Shown here: positions 45,648-54,870 of the stretch, piece by piece
Position numbering within the stretch: the first letter of the stretch is position 1
Layout: the number at the start of each line of letters is the position of its first letter
Origin: Thermoproteota archaeon
GTDB taxonomy: Archaea > Korarchaeota > Korarchaeia > Korarchaeales > Korarchaeaceae
Length of the DNA: 64,000 nucleotides
Assembly: GCA_027491395.1 (NCBI GenBank)
Contig: JAOZFI010000036.1
Location: 94,772-158,771, forward strand
Reading direction: 5' to 3'
Made by a program: the position numbers and the translations under genes
The notes under the pieces: generated by a model
The model's input: the letters and a program-made list of their open reading frames with translations, nothing else
The model's database searches: none
What the model was told of the DNA's origin: nothing

Positions 45648-48551
45648 ATGAGATGGAAACTAGCGGCCCTCCTGATAGTCCTATCGATGAGCCTTGTCGC
45701 CGCTTCTTCTCACGATCTGACGCCAACTGAGGTATCAAAGATTAAAGTGTACGATTCCAAGCCGTTATACAGGGTCCCTCAACCTGTCATACATGGGGAT
45801 AAGCTATATACGATAGGAGGTCAGGGAGACACCTTAATTGCCATAAATCTGAACGGAGAAAAGCTCTGGAGCATCAGGATAGGCGCTAAAGTATCTACTC
45901 CTCCTCTAGTAATCCCTGAAGCGTACTACGGCCATGCGAAGAAGGAGTCATGGGTCATAGTGGCAACGGACTCTTTTGAGCTGAGGGCTTACAACTCAGT
46001 CGCCGGTGAATTGAGGATAGAGAGGCTCAGATTATCTTCAGCACCCTCCGGATCTCCCATGACCTACCTGAATGATGGTAGAACAATCGTGGTTCCCCTC
46101 ACCAGCTCCCTCCAAGCTGTGGACTTGAAGTCCAAGTCAACTAGCTGGTCCGTGGATTTGGGATTCAGGATAAGGCATGTGCAATATGTGAATGGTGGTG
46201 CTGTAATTTACGGAGATGATCAGATCGCATACTTCGATCTAAATTCACGCAAGCTGGTCTGGAATCTGGAACTGGGAGAGAAGATACTAGTTGCCGGTGA
46301 TGATTCCTCCTTCATCGGAATGATGCTTCAGAACGGTACTATGGTATCCATAAACACCTCTACAGGCGAACCGGTTGCTAGGAGGGATATGACCGATATC
46401 TTGGGATACGAGTTCCCCTACGGGATGTTCCCAGTATTGGACGGCATAGGTGCGCTGACCAGCTCGAACGAAGCCATAATCTTCATCAATCTATCGGATC
46501 TCAGCGTATCTAGGCCCATAAAGACGTGGATGCCCCCAGCCTCCCAACCGGTCGCGGCGGGGAAAGCTCTTCTCTACTTCTCAAAGTCCGGTGAGGTCAG
46601 AGTTTACCACTACACCCACAGATTCCTGCTTTCAGAGTTTAAAGTATCCAACCCACCGTTCAGCTTGGTTACGGTCTCTGCGAGCGGTAATCACACAATT
46701 TCTATCTCATACATAGACGGAAACGGTGATCTCCACCTCCTCAGGCTACCCGACCACTGGATAAAGATCCAGAAGACCGAGCCCAAGGATGGAGGTTACT
46801 TGGTCGAGGGATTTGTCTGCAGCACGGCGCTGAGTGGCGAGAGGAGCAAGATCGTGCTTTATGTGATGTCTCAACAGGGAGAAGTGATCGGTAAGAAGAC
46901 AATCGGGTTCCTAACTCCCGGTCGCTGTGGTGCTAGGTTCTCCACCATGTTAAAGGACAAGGGAGCTCTGGGACTGATCGTGGGAGACGGGACCCTTCCC
47001 CCCAACGCCCCCATAGGTCTGACTAGGGAGGAATGGATTCCCCTAAAGGGTGGCGCTTCTGTCACCACCACGACAGTGCCTGCGATCACGACTACTACGA
47101 AACCCACTGGGCAACCCAAACTGGAAGTTCAAGCACCATCCCAGCTGGTTGTAGGGGACGGCTTCAAACTAAATGTTTCCGGAATCAACTCGTGGGGCGC
47201 AGAAGAACTCACCTTCGTCATCAAGGGGCCAACTATCCAAGGCGAGGAGGTCACAGAAAAGGTGAGCCCCGGGTCTGAGTTCTCCGTGTCTATAGAGGGC
47301 CGGGCTCTCAATCCGGGGACGGGCGCGATTCTCTATATAAAACATGGTGATGAGGTGCTCTACAAGAAGGAAATATCCGTAAGAGTAGAGCAGGGCAAGG
47401 TAATAGATGAGGTGAGGGCCCCAAAGGAGGCGAAGGTCAACAGCTCCATCATAGTGACGGTGAAGCTAGTCAACAGATTCCGGGATAACTCTCAATTCAT
47501 CTTAGTCACATCTCTGGATGGCTCCCTCATCGAGAGGAAGGTCGGCCCCTTGAGGGCGGGAGGAAGTGCCGAGGTACATGTTAAAGTCACTCCCAGAAAG
47601 ACAGGCGATCTTCAACTAAGAGTTCAAGCTCTGGCTGGAGGCAAGGTCGTCGATAAGAGGGTCTCCACGATCACGGTGACTGTCGCACCACCGTCCACGC
47701 CACCGGTCGTTACAACCCAGCAGTCCTCTCTCCCCATACCACTGGAGTACTTGGTGGGCGGGATAATAGGAGCAGTACTCATTTTGATCGCGATCGCACT
47801 CTTGCTAGGATCTAGGAAGCCTAAAGAGGTGAAAATGGAGGAGATGAAGCCAATCACCGCGCCAGCAATCGAGGAAGCATCGGCGGAAGAGATCCCGGAG
47901 ACCAGACCACCCTCTATCATTCCGCCGGAGATCGAACAGGAGGAGATAGGGATAGAGGTACCTAGGATTCACAGGATAGAGATGGAAGAGGTTCCTAAGC
48001 CTGAGATAAAGGAGGAAGAGGAAGAGAGAATGGCTCCTCCGGAGATGGAGGAGGTCCCAGCCATAGGTTCAGTAGTCAAGGAGGAAAGAGTGATCCCCGA
48101 GGAGGCAAGGGAATCGGTAGAGAGCGAACTGGAATCCGTGAAGAAGAGGCTAGAGGATGTGAGGAGAGCCATATCAAAGTTAGAGGAGATAGTAGGATTT
48201 GAGCTCTCACCATACAGGCTGGTGGACGCAGAGACCATGCTGGTCTCGGCGGAGCTGAAACTGAAGGAAGGTGACGTGAGCGAAGCGGAGAGGATCGTTA
48301 ACTCTGTAAAGGAGTCGCTTGACGTGCTGGAGGCGGAGGTCTCCGAGGCGGAGAAGGTCTTTCTTGAGAACTGGAGCGCGGTGGAGAACAGGATCGACAT
48401 AATGCTCAGGGTCTGGGGGAAGGCTCCCGCCAACATGCTCACCATGGTTCCGGCCGGCTTCAGGATACACGCGTTGGAGAGATTCAGAAAGCTGCATCCG
48501 GATAGAAAATTGGAGCTGAGGGGAGACGAACTCATTTCGCTGGAGGAGTGA
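45648..48551 (+). CDS. Single-pass membrane protein: PQQ-like beta-propeller, Ig-like domains, TM, acidic/coiled-coil tail
   Basis: Signal peptide, G-x-x-x-W propeller repeats, Thr-rich linkers, TM LVGGIIGAVLILIAIALLLG, about 240-aa tail. Confidence 0.8.
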   Translation: MRWKLAALLIVLSMSLVAASSHDLTPTEVSKIKVYDSKPLYRVPQPVIHGDKLYTIGGQGDTLIAINLNGEKLWSIRIGAKVSTPPLVIPEAYYGHAKKESWVIVATDSFELRAYNSVAGELRIERLRLSSAPSGSPMTYLNDGRTIVVPLTSSLQAVDLKSKSTSWSVDLGFRIRHVQYVNGGAVIYGDDQIAYFDLNSRKLVWNLELGEKILVAGDDSSFIGMMLQNGTMVSINTSTGEPVARRDMTDILGYEFPYGMFPVLDGIGALTSSNEAIIFINLSDLSVSRPIKTWMPPASQPVAAGKALLYFSKSGEVRVYHYTHRFLLSEFKVSNPPFSLVTVSASGNHTISISYIDGNGDLHLLRLPDHWIKIQKTEPKDGGYLVEGFVCSTALSGERSKIVLYVMSQQGEVIGKKTIGFLTPGRCGARFSTMLKDKGALGLIVGDGTLPPNAPIGLTREEWIPLKGGASVTTTTVPAITTTTKPTGQPKLEVQAPSQLVVGDGFKLNVSGINSWGAEELTFVIKGPTIQGEEVTEKVSPGSEFSVSIEGRALNPGTGAILYIKHGDEVLYKKEISVRVEQGKVIDEVRAPKEAKVNSSIIVTVKLVNRFRDNSQFILVTSLDGSLIERKVGPLRAGGSAEVHVKVTPRKTGDLQLRVQALAGGKVVDKRVSTITVTVAPPSTPPVVTTQQSSLPIPLEYLVGGIIGAVLILIAIALLLGSRKPKEVKMEEMKPITAPAIEEASAEEIPETRPPSIIPPEIEQEEIGIEVPRIHRIEMEEVPKPEIKEEEEERMAPPEMEEVPAIGSVVKEERVIPEEARESVESELESVKKRLEDVRRAISKLEEIVGFELSPYRLVDAETMLVSAELKLKEGDVSEAERIVNSVKESLDVLEAEVSEAEKVFLENWSAVENRIDIMLRVWGKAPANMLTMVPAGFRIHALERFRKLHPDRKLELRGDELISLEE

Positions 48552-51500
48552 ACCCTTCTCCCCCTATTCTCTTTCTAACCACCTTTTCCTGTATCTCGTG
48601 ATAAAGCTCATCGATCAGCTCTTGGTAATCGGCTCTTCCCTCCTCGACCGCTGTCATCTTCTCCTCTAGCACTCTCGTCCTCTCCTCGCTGATCAGATCC
48701 GGGTACTCCGATGTCAGGAAGTTGTACACTTGGACGCCCAGTCTCGTTGGAATCAGTTTGTTGTTCTTCTCGAGGGCATATTTCCTCTGCAGCAGCTTGT
48801 CTATAATGGTAGCATAGGTGGAAGGCCTTCCGATACCTTTCTCCTTCATGAGAGCGACGACATCTCCTTGCGTGTACAGGGGTACAGAGGGGACCTGAAG
48901 GTGCTTTATCTCGACTCTGACCGTCCCCACCGAAAGAGGGGCTTCCTTCCTATAGAGAAACGGATATATGAGAGCCCAACCCCCTCTGACATCTACAACC
49001 CTCTCATCGGTCACCTCATCGCCATTCAAGACCAGCTTGTACCTCTGCTTCACGACGATGCTCTCCTTGGTTTGCGAGGCCATGAATCTCCTGAATATCA
49101 GGTCGTACAGCCTCACATGGTCCTTTGAGAATCCTTCTGGAGCCACTATCAGCCCCTCTCTGATGTAGTCGAGCAGCTCCTTGGCTGACAGTGGCTTGGT
49201 AGGTCTTATGCACTCGTGAGCTCCTCCTTCACCCCATCTCCTCGGAACGAAATCGTCACCGAGGACCTCCGCTGCTACTCTCAGACCGGCGTCGCTCACC
49301 CTTACACTATCCGTCCTGTGGTATGTGATTAAACCGGCTTCGAAGAGGGACTGGGCAATCTCCATCACTCTCTTGGCGCCCAGCTTCAGCACCCTACTGG
49401 CCTCCCTTATCATCTCGTCTGTGGTAAAAGGAGGAGGTGGCTTAACTGCGCTCTCCTCCAATTTTATCGACGAGATCTGGGCTTCAACGATTCCGGGAGA
49501 TCCTATTCTACCCTCCACCCTGATGAAGATGCCTTCTCCACTGACGACGGTGAGGTCTTTCTTCTTCTTGTGCTCCTCGTACCTATCGATTATCCAACCT
49601 AGCGTGGGGGTCTGGGCCCTCCCGGCAGACAAGTTCCTCCTGTTGAACTTCCTCTGTACCTCGTAACTCAGCTCGAATCCTATCCACCTATCCTCTATCC
49701 TCCTCACCACCTGAGCCTTCACCCTCGACTCGTTGGTCTCTGAAAGCCCCCTCAGAGCTTCCAAGATCGCCCTTTTGGTGACCTCATGGAATTCGGCCCT
49801 GTATATCTCCTCAACTGCATCTTTGATCAGCTGATAAATGTCCCAAGCTATCTTCTCCCCTTCCGTGTCAGGATCCGTCCCTATTATGACCCGAGATGCT
49901 TCGAATCCGAGTCTCCTCATGGAGACTATATTGTTCCTGCTGTCCCTCAGATTGGTGGAACCGCATCTCGGGCACCTCTCACCATCTGTGAACTGGTAAC
50001 CGCAGTCCAGACATCTCTTGATGGAAGCGTAAATGGGTATGTAGGTCCTGCGCTCGCCTTCCTCTATGAGAACCCCATGATACCCTCCCTGCGTCGAGAG
50101 ATCCACCACGTGACCCCCACTGGCCATTATCGTAAGCACATAGTCGCCGGTAGTCACCTCGTAGGCGACCACACCGTTTATGACTCTCCTCCCCGGTTTG
50201 CCGAAGAACCTAGCTATGGTCCGAGCCTTATTGGGGCTTTCTACTATGAAAAGTGCGGTTTTGAGTAGACCAGCCATCTCGAAACCCGTCTTGAGTGAGG
50301 AGTATCTCTCTCTACTCTCGTTAATTTCTCTCCTCAGGGTCTCCAAATTCACTTCCTCAAGCGGGGACAGTTCTATGTCGTAAGCGCTGGCCCTCTTTAT
50401 GAAGGAAGATAGTAGCGGATCAGTGTCCCAGACGAGACTAGCCCCCCTAGTCATTCCCCCAGGATAGAGCCTAGAAGAACGGCCAGATCCTTGTATATAC
50501 GTCCTGACATCGGGGATTATGACCTTACCTTCCTCGAGGATAACCGTTATGTCCCCAGTGCCAGCCAACTCCCTCAGTCTGCTCTCGCTGGAAAGCAACT
50601 CCTTCAGCAGTTCTCTAGCCCTCAGGATATCCTTCTCCATCGGTCTCCTCCTCAACCTCATAGCGAACCTCTTAGTCTGGGGATCTAAGCCCTTGGCCAG
50701 TGCGGACAGCATTGCCACAACAGCCCGGTCGCTCATCTCATCCACATCTCTCAATGTCATCTCGAAGCGGGGGACTCCGTAGAAGACCACGTACCTGATC
50801 CTCTGAGGCAGATCCACTCCCCTAACTAGGACTCCATAGGGCTTAGCGGCTCCAATTAGACCGTCTAGCTCGCCGGACTTGAACGCATCAACCACTTTCT
50901 CGTCGTAACCGTGCAACACCTCTACCTCGTAGCCAGCATCCTCCGCCAATGCCTTCGCTTCATCAGCCAGCTCCATCCTCGGGATGAAGAGTAAGAACCC
51001 GCCCCCCATGAACTTCAAGAACCCTTTCAGTTGATTCCTCTTCCTCGCGTAGAGGTCAGCTATATTCCTCAGTAGCTCCTGCCTCAATACCCCTACATCG
51101 AAGCCCAGCAACCTCCTGAATAGGATCGCCCGGGGACCCGGCTTACCGGTTGCAGTCGAGACTATTAGGACGCTACCCGTGTTTCTAGTCACCTCCTTGC
51201 CAGCCAGGGCTGCTCTCATATCCACTTCGGTGAATCCCATGAGGGTAAGAACCCTATCGACATTCCTCGAGTTCTTGAGGAAGGAATCCACGTCGTCCAC
51301 GAAGAGGAAGGAGAACTGGCCCACTGTGCCCCTTATCTTCTCATGGTTCTTCGCGAGGTATTGGGAGGTCGTGACCAAAACGTCGAAATCACCGCTCTCT
51401 AGCTTCTCTAGGAACTCCCTCCTCTGCTTGCTCCTCATTCCGCTCCTGTAGGCCAGAATCTTGAGAGGCTCCCCAGCAGATCTTTTATACTTAGTAAGGA

Positions 51501-51843
51501 TCTCCACAGCTTGGTCAACGAGGAGCGATGTGGGGAAAAGGAGGTAGGAGCGACCCCTTCCCCTCACGGCGAAGTAGTAGCTGGTAACGAGACCGAAAGC
51601 AGTCTTGCCAACCCCTGTGGGAGCTATCGCAGCGAAGCTGCGCCCAGCCAAGGCTCGCCGGGCCCACATCCTCTGAATTTCCCAAGGAGGAGAACTTAAA
51701 CATAATTTGAAGAATTTAACATAGTCTTTGAACTCGGAACCTACCTTAGAGATCTCATCTTCAACACAAGGAGACCTGTGATGGGTTTCCAAGTCACCTC
51801 CGGGACACAGACCCCTGAAAACCGCCGGTATCATTCCACTCAC
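48532..51843 (-). CDS. rgy: Reverse gyrase
   Basis: APTGVGKT, DDVD, QGSGRSSR, IVESPNKARTI, TDPDTEGE, SAGRAQTP, LITYHRTD (catalytic Tyr), GIGRPSTYA. Confidence 0.97.
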   Translation of the reverse strand: MSGMIPAVFRGLCPGGDLETHHRSPCVEDEISKVGSEFKDYVKFFKLCLSSPPWEIQRMWARRALAGRSFAAIAPTGVGKTAFGLVTSYYFAVRGRGRSYLLFPTSLLVDQAVEILTKYKRSAGEPLKILAYRSGMRSKQRREFLEKLESGDFDVLVTTSQYLAKNHEKIRGTVGQFSFLFVDDVDSFLKNSRNVDRVLTLMGFTEVDMRAALAGKEVTRNTGSVLIVSTATGKPGPRAILFRRLLGFDVGVLRQELLRNIADLYARKRNQLKGFLKFMGGGFLLFIPRMELADEAKALAEDAGYEVEVLHGYDEKVVDAFKSGELDGLIGAAKPYGVLVRGVDLPQRIRYVVFYGVPRFEMTLRDVDEMSDRAVVAMLSALAKGLDPQTKRFAMRLRRRPMEKDILRARELLKELLSSESRLRELAGTGDITVILEEGKVIIPDVRTYIQGSGRSSRLYPGGMTRGASLVWDTDPLLSSFIKRASAYDIELSPLEEVNLETLRREINESRERYSSLKTGFEMAGLLKTALFIVESPNKARTIARFFGKPGRRVINGVVAYEVTTGDYVLTIMASGGHVVDLSTQGGYHGVLIEEGERRTYIPIYASIKRCLDCGYQFTDGERCPRCGSTNLRDSRNNIVSMRRLGFEASRVIIGTDPDTEGEKIAWDIYQLIKDAVEEIYRAEFHEVTKRAILEALRGLSETNESRVKAQVVRRIEDRWIGFELSYEVQRKFNRRNLSAGRAQTPTLGWIIDRYEEHKKKKDLTVVSGEGIFIRVEGRIGSPGIVEAQISSIKLEESAVKPPPPFTTDEMIREASRVLKLGAKRVMEIAQSLFEAGLITYHRTDSVRVSDAGLRVAAEVLGDDFVPRRWGEGGAHECIRPTKPLSAKELLDYIREGLIVAPEGFSKDHVRLYDLIFRRFMASQTKESIVVKQRYKLVLNGDEVTDERVVDVRGGWALIYPFLYRKEAPLSVGTVRVEIKHLQVPSVPLYTQGDVVALMKEKGIGRPSTYATIIDKLLQRKYALEKNNKLIPTRLGVQVYNFLTSEYPDLISEERTRVLEEKMTAVEEGRADYQELIDELYHEIQEKVVRKRIGGEGFTPPAK

Positions 51844-51927
51844 CGCGCATTACACAGACAATATCTCGATCCAACATGCAGTCTGGAGGCTTTATATCAT
51901 TGGGTGAAGGAAAGATACAGGATCGAA

Positions 51928-52299
51928 ATGACCCGGCTAGTTGTCCCTATCGAGGAGACAGACGGAAATGTGAAGTTCAACCGCATATCAAGGGGCTTCA
52001 GCTTGGCTAAAGGGCTGATGATCATAGACCTGAGTGATTTCGGTGTCGTTATGGACGCCTTCTCCCTAGAGGTGGGTCATGTTCAAGGGGAGACCATGCT
52101 AGACATACTCGTGGGGCTAGAGGCGGACATCGTATTGAGCGAGGACATAGAACCGGAACTTAGTGAGCTCCTGCTGAGCAACAACGTAAAGGTGGCGCTG
52201 ACTAAGTCAAAATATGTCAAAGATGCCCTGAGGGACCTCCTCGCGGGAAAGACCTTCGTCATGCCCGGAAAGGAAATGCCCATAAAGTATGCCAACTAA
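51928..52299 (+). CDS. NifB/NifX-like (COG1433) domain protein, degenerate
   Basis: RLVVP, ADIVL, VKDALRDLLAG pattern; lacks the usual HFG and CGG residues. Start ATG 51928. Confidence 0.6.
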   Translation: MTRLVVPIEETDGNVKFNRISRGFSLAKGLMIIDLSDFGVVMDAFSLEVGHVQGETMLDILVGLEADIVLSEDIEPELSELLLSNNVKVALTKSKYVKDALRDLLAGKTFVMPGKEMPIKYAN

Positions 52300-52513
52300 T
52301 TATGTTATGCCCTATGTGAAGCTGAGGGTAAAGAGGTGGGAAAGAAACGGGAGGAGGTACCTAAGCTACCAAGTAACTGCTCCCAAATCCTTGGTAGAGG
52401 AACTCGGTTGGGAGAAGGGTGACACCTTATACGTATACGTTAGGAATGGGGAACTGGTTTACAGACACAGAGAAAGACCCAAAAGGGGAAAACAGACCAG
52501 ACTGGAACTATAA
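52289..52513 (+). CDS. AbrB/MazE/SpoVT-type DNA-binding protein
   Basis: SYQVTAPKSLVEELGWEKGD. Confidence 0.82.
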   Translation: MPTNYVMPYVKLRVKRWERNGRRYLSYQVTAPKSLVEELGWEKGDTLYVYVRNGELVYRHRERPKRGKQTRLEL

Positions 52514-53677
52514 TCACTCAACTCTCAAGAGGAGGCCCTTGAGGTATCCCGTCCAGGGATGCATGGGATCTATCGGGTGATCGGGCGAAGCACCCCTCTC
52601 ACCAAGGATCATGATCTCCCGATTGGAGAGGGTAGCTGCTCTGATCACGATCTTTTTGAATTCCTCCTTGGTGATGAATTGGCTGCAGCTGCTTGTGAAC
52701 ATGAGGCCACCACTCACCACCCTCTCCATAGCGGTGGCATTGACTGCTGTGTAGGTCTTCCTAGCTCTGGAGACCATGTCCCTGCTTGGAGCTAGGGCAG
52801 GCGGATCCACGATAACCAGATCGTAGACTGAGGAATCTCCCTCCAGAAACTCCTTTACCCTCGATTGAACGGCCACTAACTCGATCGAGTTGAGCCTCGC
52901 ATTAGACCTCATTTCCGTGACGGCGTACTCCGATTCATCGACAGCAACGACCTCGGCGCCGGAGAGAGCGGCGTGAATCGCGAAACCGCCTGTGTAGCTG
53001 TAGAGATCTAGGACCCTGTCACCGGGACCAGCAAGGTAGCCAACTTCAATCCTGTTCAGCCTCTGATCTATGAAGAAGCCCGTTTTCTGGCCCTTGATCG
53101 TGTCCACGTGAAAGAGAGCTCCACCCTCCCTCACTACAGCTCTCGTTTTACCGCCTGAAAGGACCCTCCTCTCCGAAGGCAGTCCGACTTCCCTTCTCGG
53201 CCTACTGTCGTTCTTAAGAACTATGGAACTAGGCCTGAATAGGTCCCCCACCATGGCCGAGATCTCCTCCACACGCTTATCCATTCCGATGGAGGTGGAG
53301 GAGATGACGACGACATCATCGTATACGTCAATTATCAGCCCCGGGAGGGCATCAGCCTCACTATGCACCCATCGAAAGAAATTGTCCAGCTTGAGTTTCT
53401 CCCTCAACCTCAAGGCCTCCTCTAACCTACGATAAAGCAGAGAAAAGGGATCCTCCAGCTCTGTGGAGAGGACCCTCACTGCCATAGCCCCTATTCCCTC
53501 GAAGAATCCCAAACCCAGCGTATCTCCTTTCTCATCCTTTATTACGACTAAGTCTCCCTTCTCCACGGGTCCCCTTAGGGAGACGAGCCACTTGACGTAG
53601 ATATTCCGCTGCCCCTTCCTCAGCCTAGATGCCCCTTCCTCAGCGAGCACGGCTTCCCCAACGGGGCTCCAGATCAA
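52514..53677 (-). CDS. RlmI/COG1092 family PUA-containing SAM methyltransferase
   Basis: SEAD-x-LPGL, GQKTGFFIDQR, LDLYSYTGGF, VDPP, SSCS. Confidence 0.9.
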   Translation of the reverse strand: MIWSPVGEAVLAEEGASRLRKGQRNIYVKWLVSLRGPVEKGDLVVIKDEKGDTLGLGFFEGIGAMAVRVLSTELEDPFSLLYRRLEEALRLREKLKLDNFFRWVHSEADALPGLIIDVYDDVVVISSTSIGMDKRVEEISAMVGDLFRPSSIVLKNDSRPRREVGLPSERRVLSGGKTRAVVREGGALFHVDTIKGQKTGFFIDQRLNRIEVGYLAGPGDRVLDLYSYTGGFAIHAALSGAEVVAVDESEYAVTEMRSNARLNSIELVAVQSRVKEFLEGDSSVYDLVIVDPPALAPSRDMVSRARKTYTAVNATAMERVVSGGLMFTSSCSQFITKEEFKKIVIRAATLSNREIMILGERGASPDHPIDPMHPWTGYLKGLLLRVE

Positions 53678-53685
53678 AGGCCATT

Positions 53686-54813
53686 CTACCTCCTAAGGTA
53701 GTCCGGATCCTTGGAGAGCTTTTCGGTGAGGGGAATGCCTCTGTTCCTCCCGACCACCACGGTGTCTTCTATTCTTATGCCTCCCCATCCCCTAATGTAG
53801 ATTCCTGGCTCATCAGTCACGGTCATCCCTTCTTGGAGCTTTCCTCCTCTCCCCACTAAGAGTCTGAAGAACTCGTGGATGTCGATGCCGATCCCATGCC
53901 CCAGAGAGTGAACGAAGTACTCTAAAAGGCCCGATTCCTTCAATACCTTCCTAGCCTCTATATCCGGTCTCTCCATGGGAACTCCGTCCCTTATGAAATC
54001 CAATGCTCTCAACTGTGCGTTGAGAACGGCCTCGTACTTGTCTAAAAAGCCTTCCGGCGGGCTTCCGATGTAGAATGTACGAGTCATATCGCTGCAGTAC
54101 CCCATGTATCTGGAGCCGAAGTCGATGAGCAATATCTCCCCCTCGCTGATTCTCCTCTCAGTGTTAACGTGATGAGCGTTGAATGAGTTTGCCCCACTCG
54201 CCACTATCGTCGGGAAGCTGGGTCCCTCAGCCCCCAATTCCCTCATCTTGAACTCGAGCAGGTTAGCTATCTCCCTCTCAGTCATCCCAACCCTTATCTC
54301 CAGAGATTCGAAGGCCCTAATCGCTATCGACGCGCTCTCCTTCATGAGTCCCAGCTCATACTCGCTCTTGATGATCCTCATCCTCTTAAGCTGATCATCC
54401 AAGCTCACTATGGCGGCGCTCTTCTTCCCCCTCTTGAACCTCTTCCTCACTTTCTCCACCTGCTCCTGAGACGACAGGAAGTCTACAGCTACCCTCCGAG
54501 CATCTCCGTGCCTCTCCGCTACCAGATCGTAGACGCTGGGGTTAATCACTTCCTTACCACTGATCCCATAGAACGGCTTCTGAACCTCCACGTGATAAGG
54601 CGTTTTCTCCCGGGCGATCTCGTCCCCGAAAGCGTATCTCGCGACCAAGTAGGGATCATTGTCTAGGGGAACGACGAGCATCTGGGCTTCGGCCGTCCCT
54701 GCTAAGTATAGCATGTTGCTTGGGGAGTTCACGAGGGAGAGGTCTATGCCCCTCCTTCCCATCCACCTCTTCAGCCTGCGGATCCTAGAGTCCAACTCAC
54801 TCCTTGGATACAT
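53686..54813 (-). CDS. Xaa-Pro aminopeptidase/prolidase (M24B)
   Basis: IDFG, SDMTRT, HSLGHGIG, TDEPG, GIRIED. Confidence 0.93.
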   Translation of the reverse strand: MYPRSELDSRIRRLKRWMGRRGIDLSLVNSPSNMLYLAGTAEAQMLVVPLDNDPYLVARYAFGDEIAREKTPYHVEVQKPFYGISGKEVINPSVYDLVAERHGDARRVAVDFLSSQEQVEKVRKRFKRGKKSAAIVSLDDQLKRMRIIKSEYELGLMKESASIAIRAFESLEIRVGMTEREIANLLEFKMRELGAEGPSFPTIVASGANSFNAHHVNTERRISEGEILLIDFGSRYMGYCSDMTRTFYIGSPPEGFLDKYEAVLNAQLRALDFIRDGVPMERPDIEARKVLKESGLLEYFVHSLGHGIGIDIHEFFRLLVGRGGKLQEGMTVTDEPGIYIRGWGGIRIEDTVVVGRNRGIPLTEKLSKDPDYLRR

Positions 54814-54870
54814 CGCGGGTCACCCAAATGCCGGCATGATAGGCGGGCCAGAGGGGATAAAGTTGAGTCG

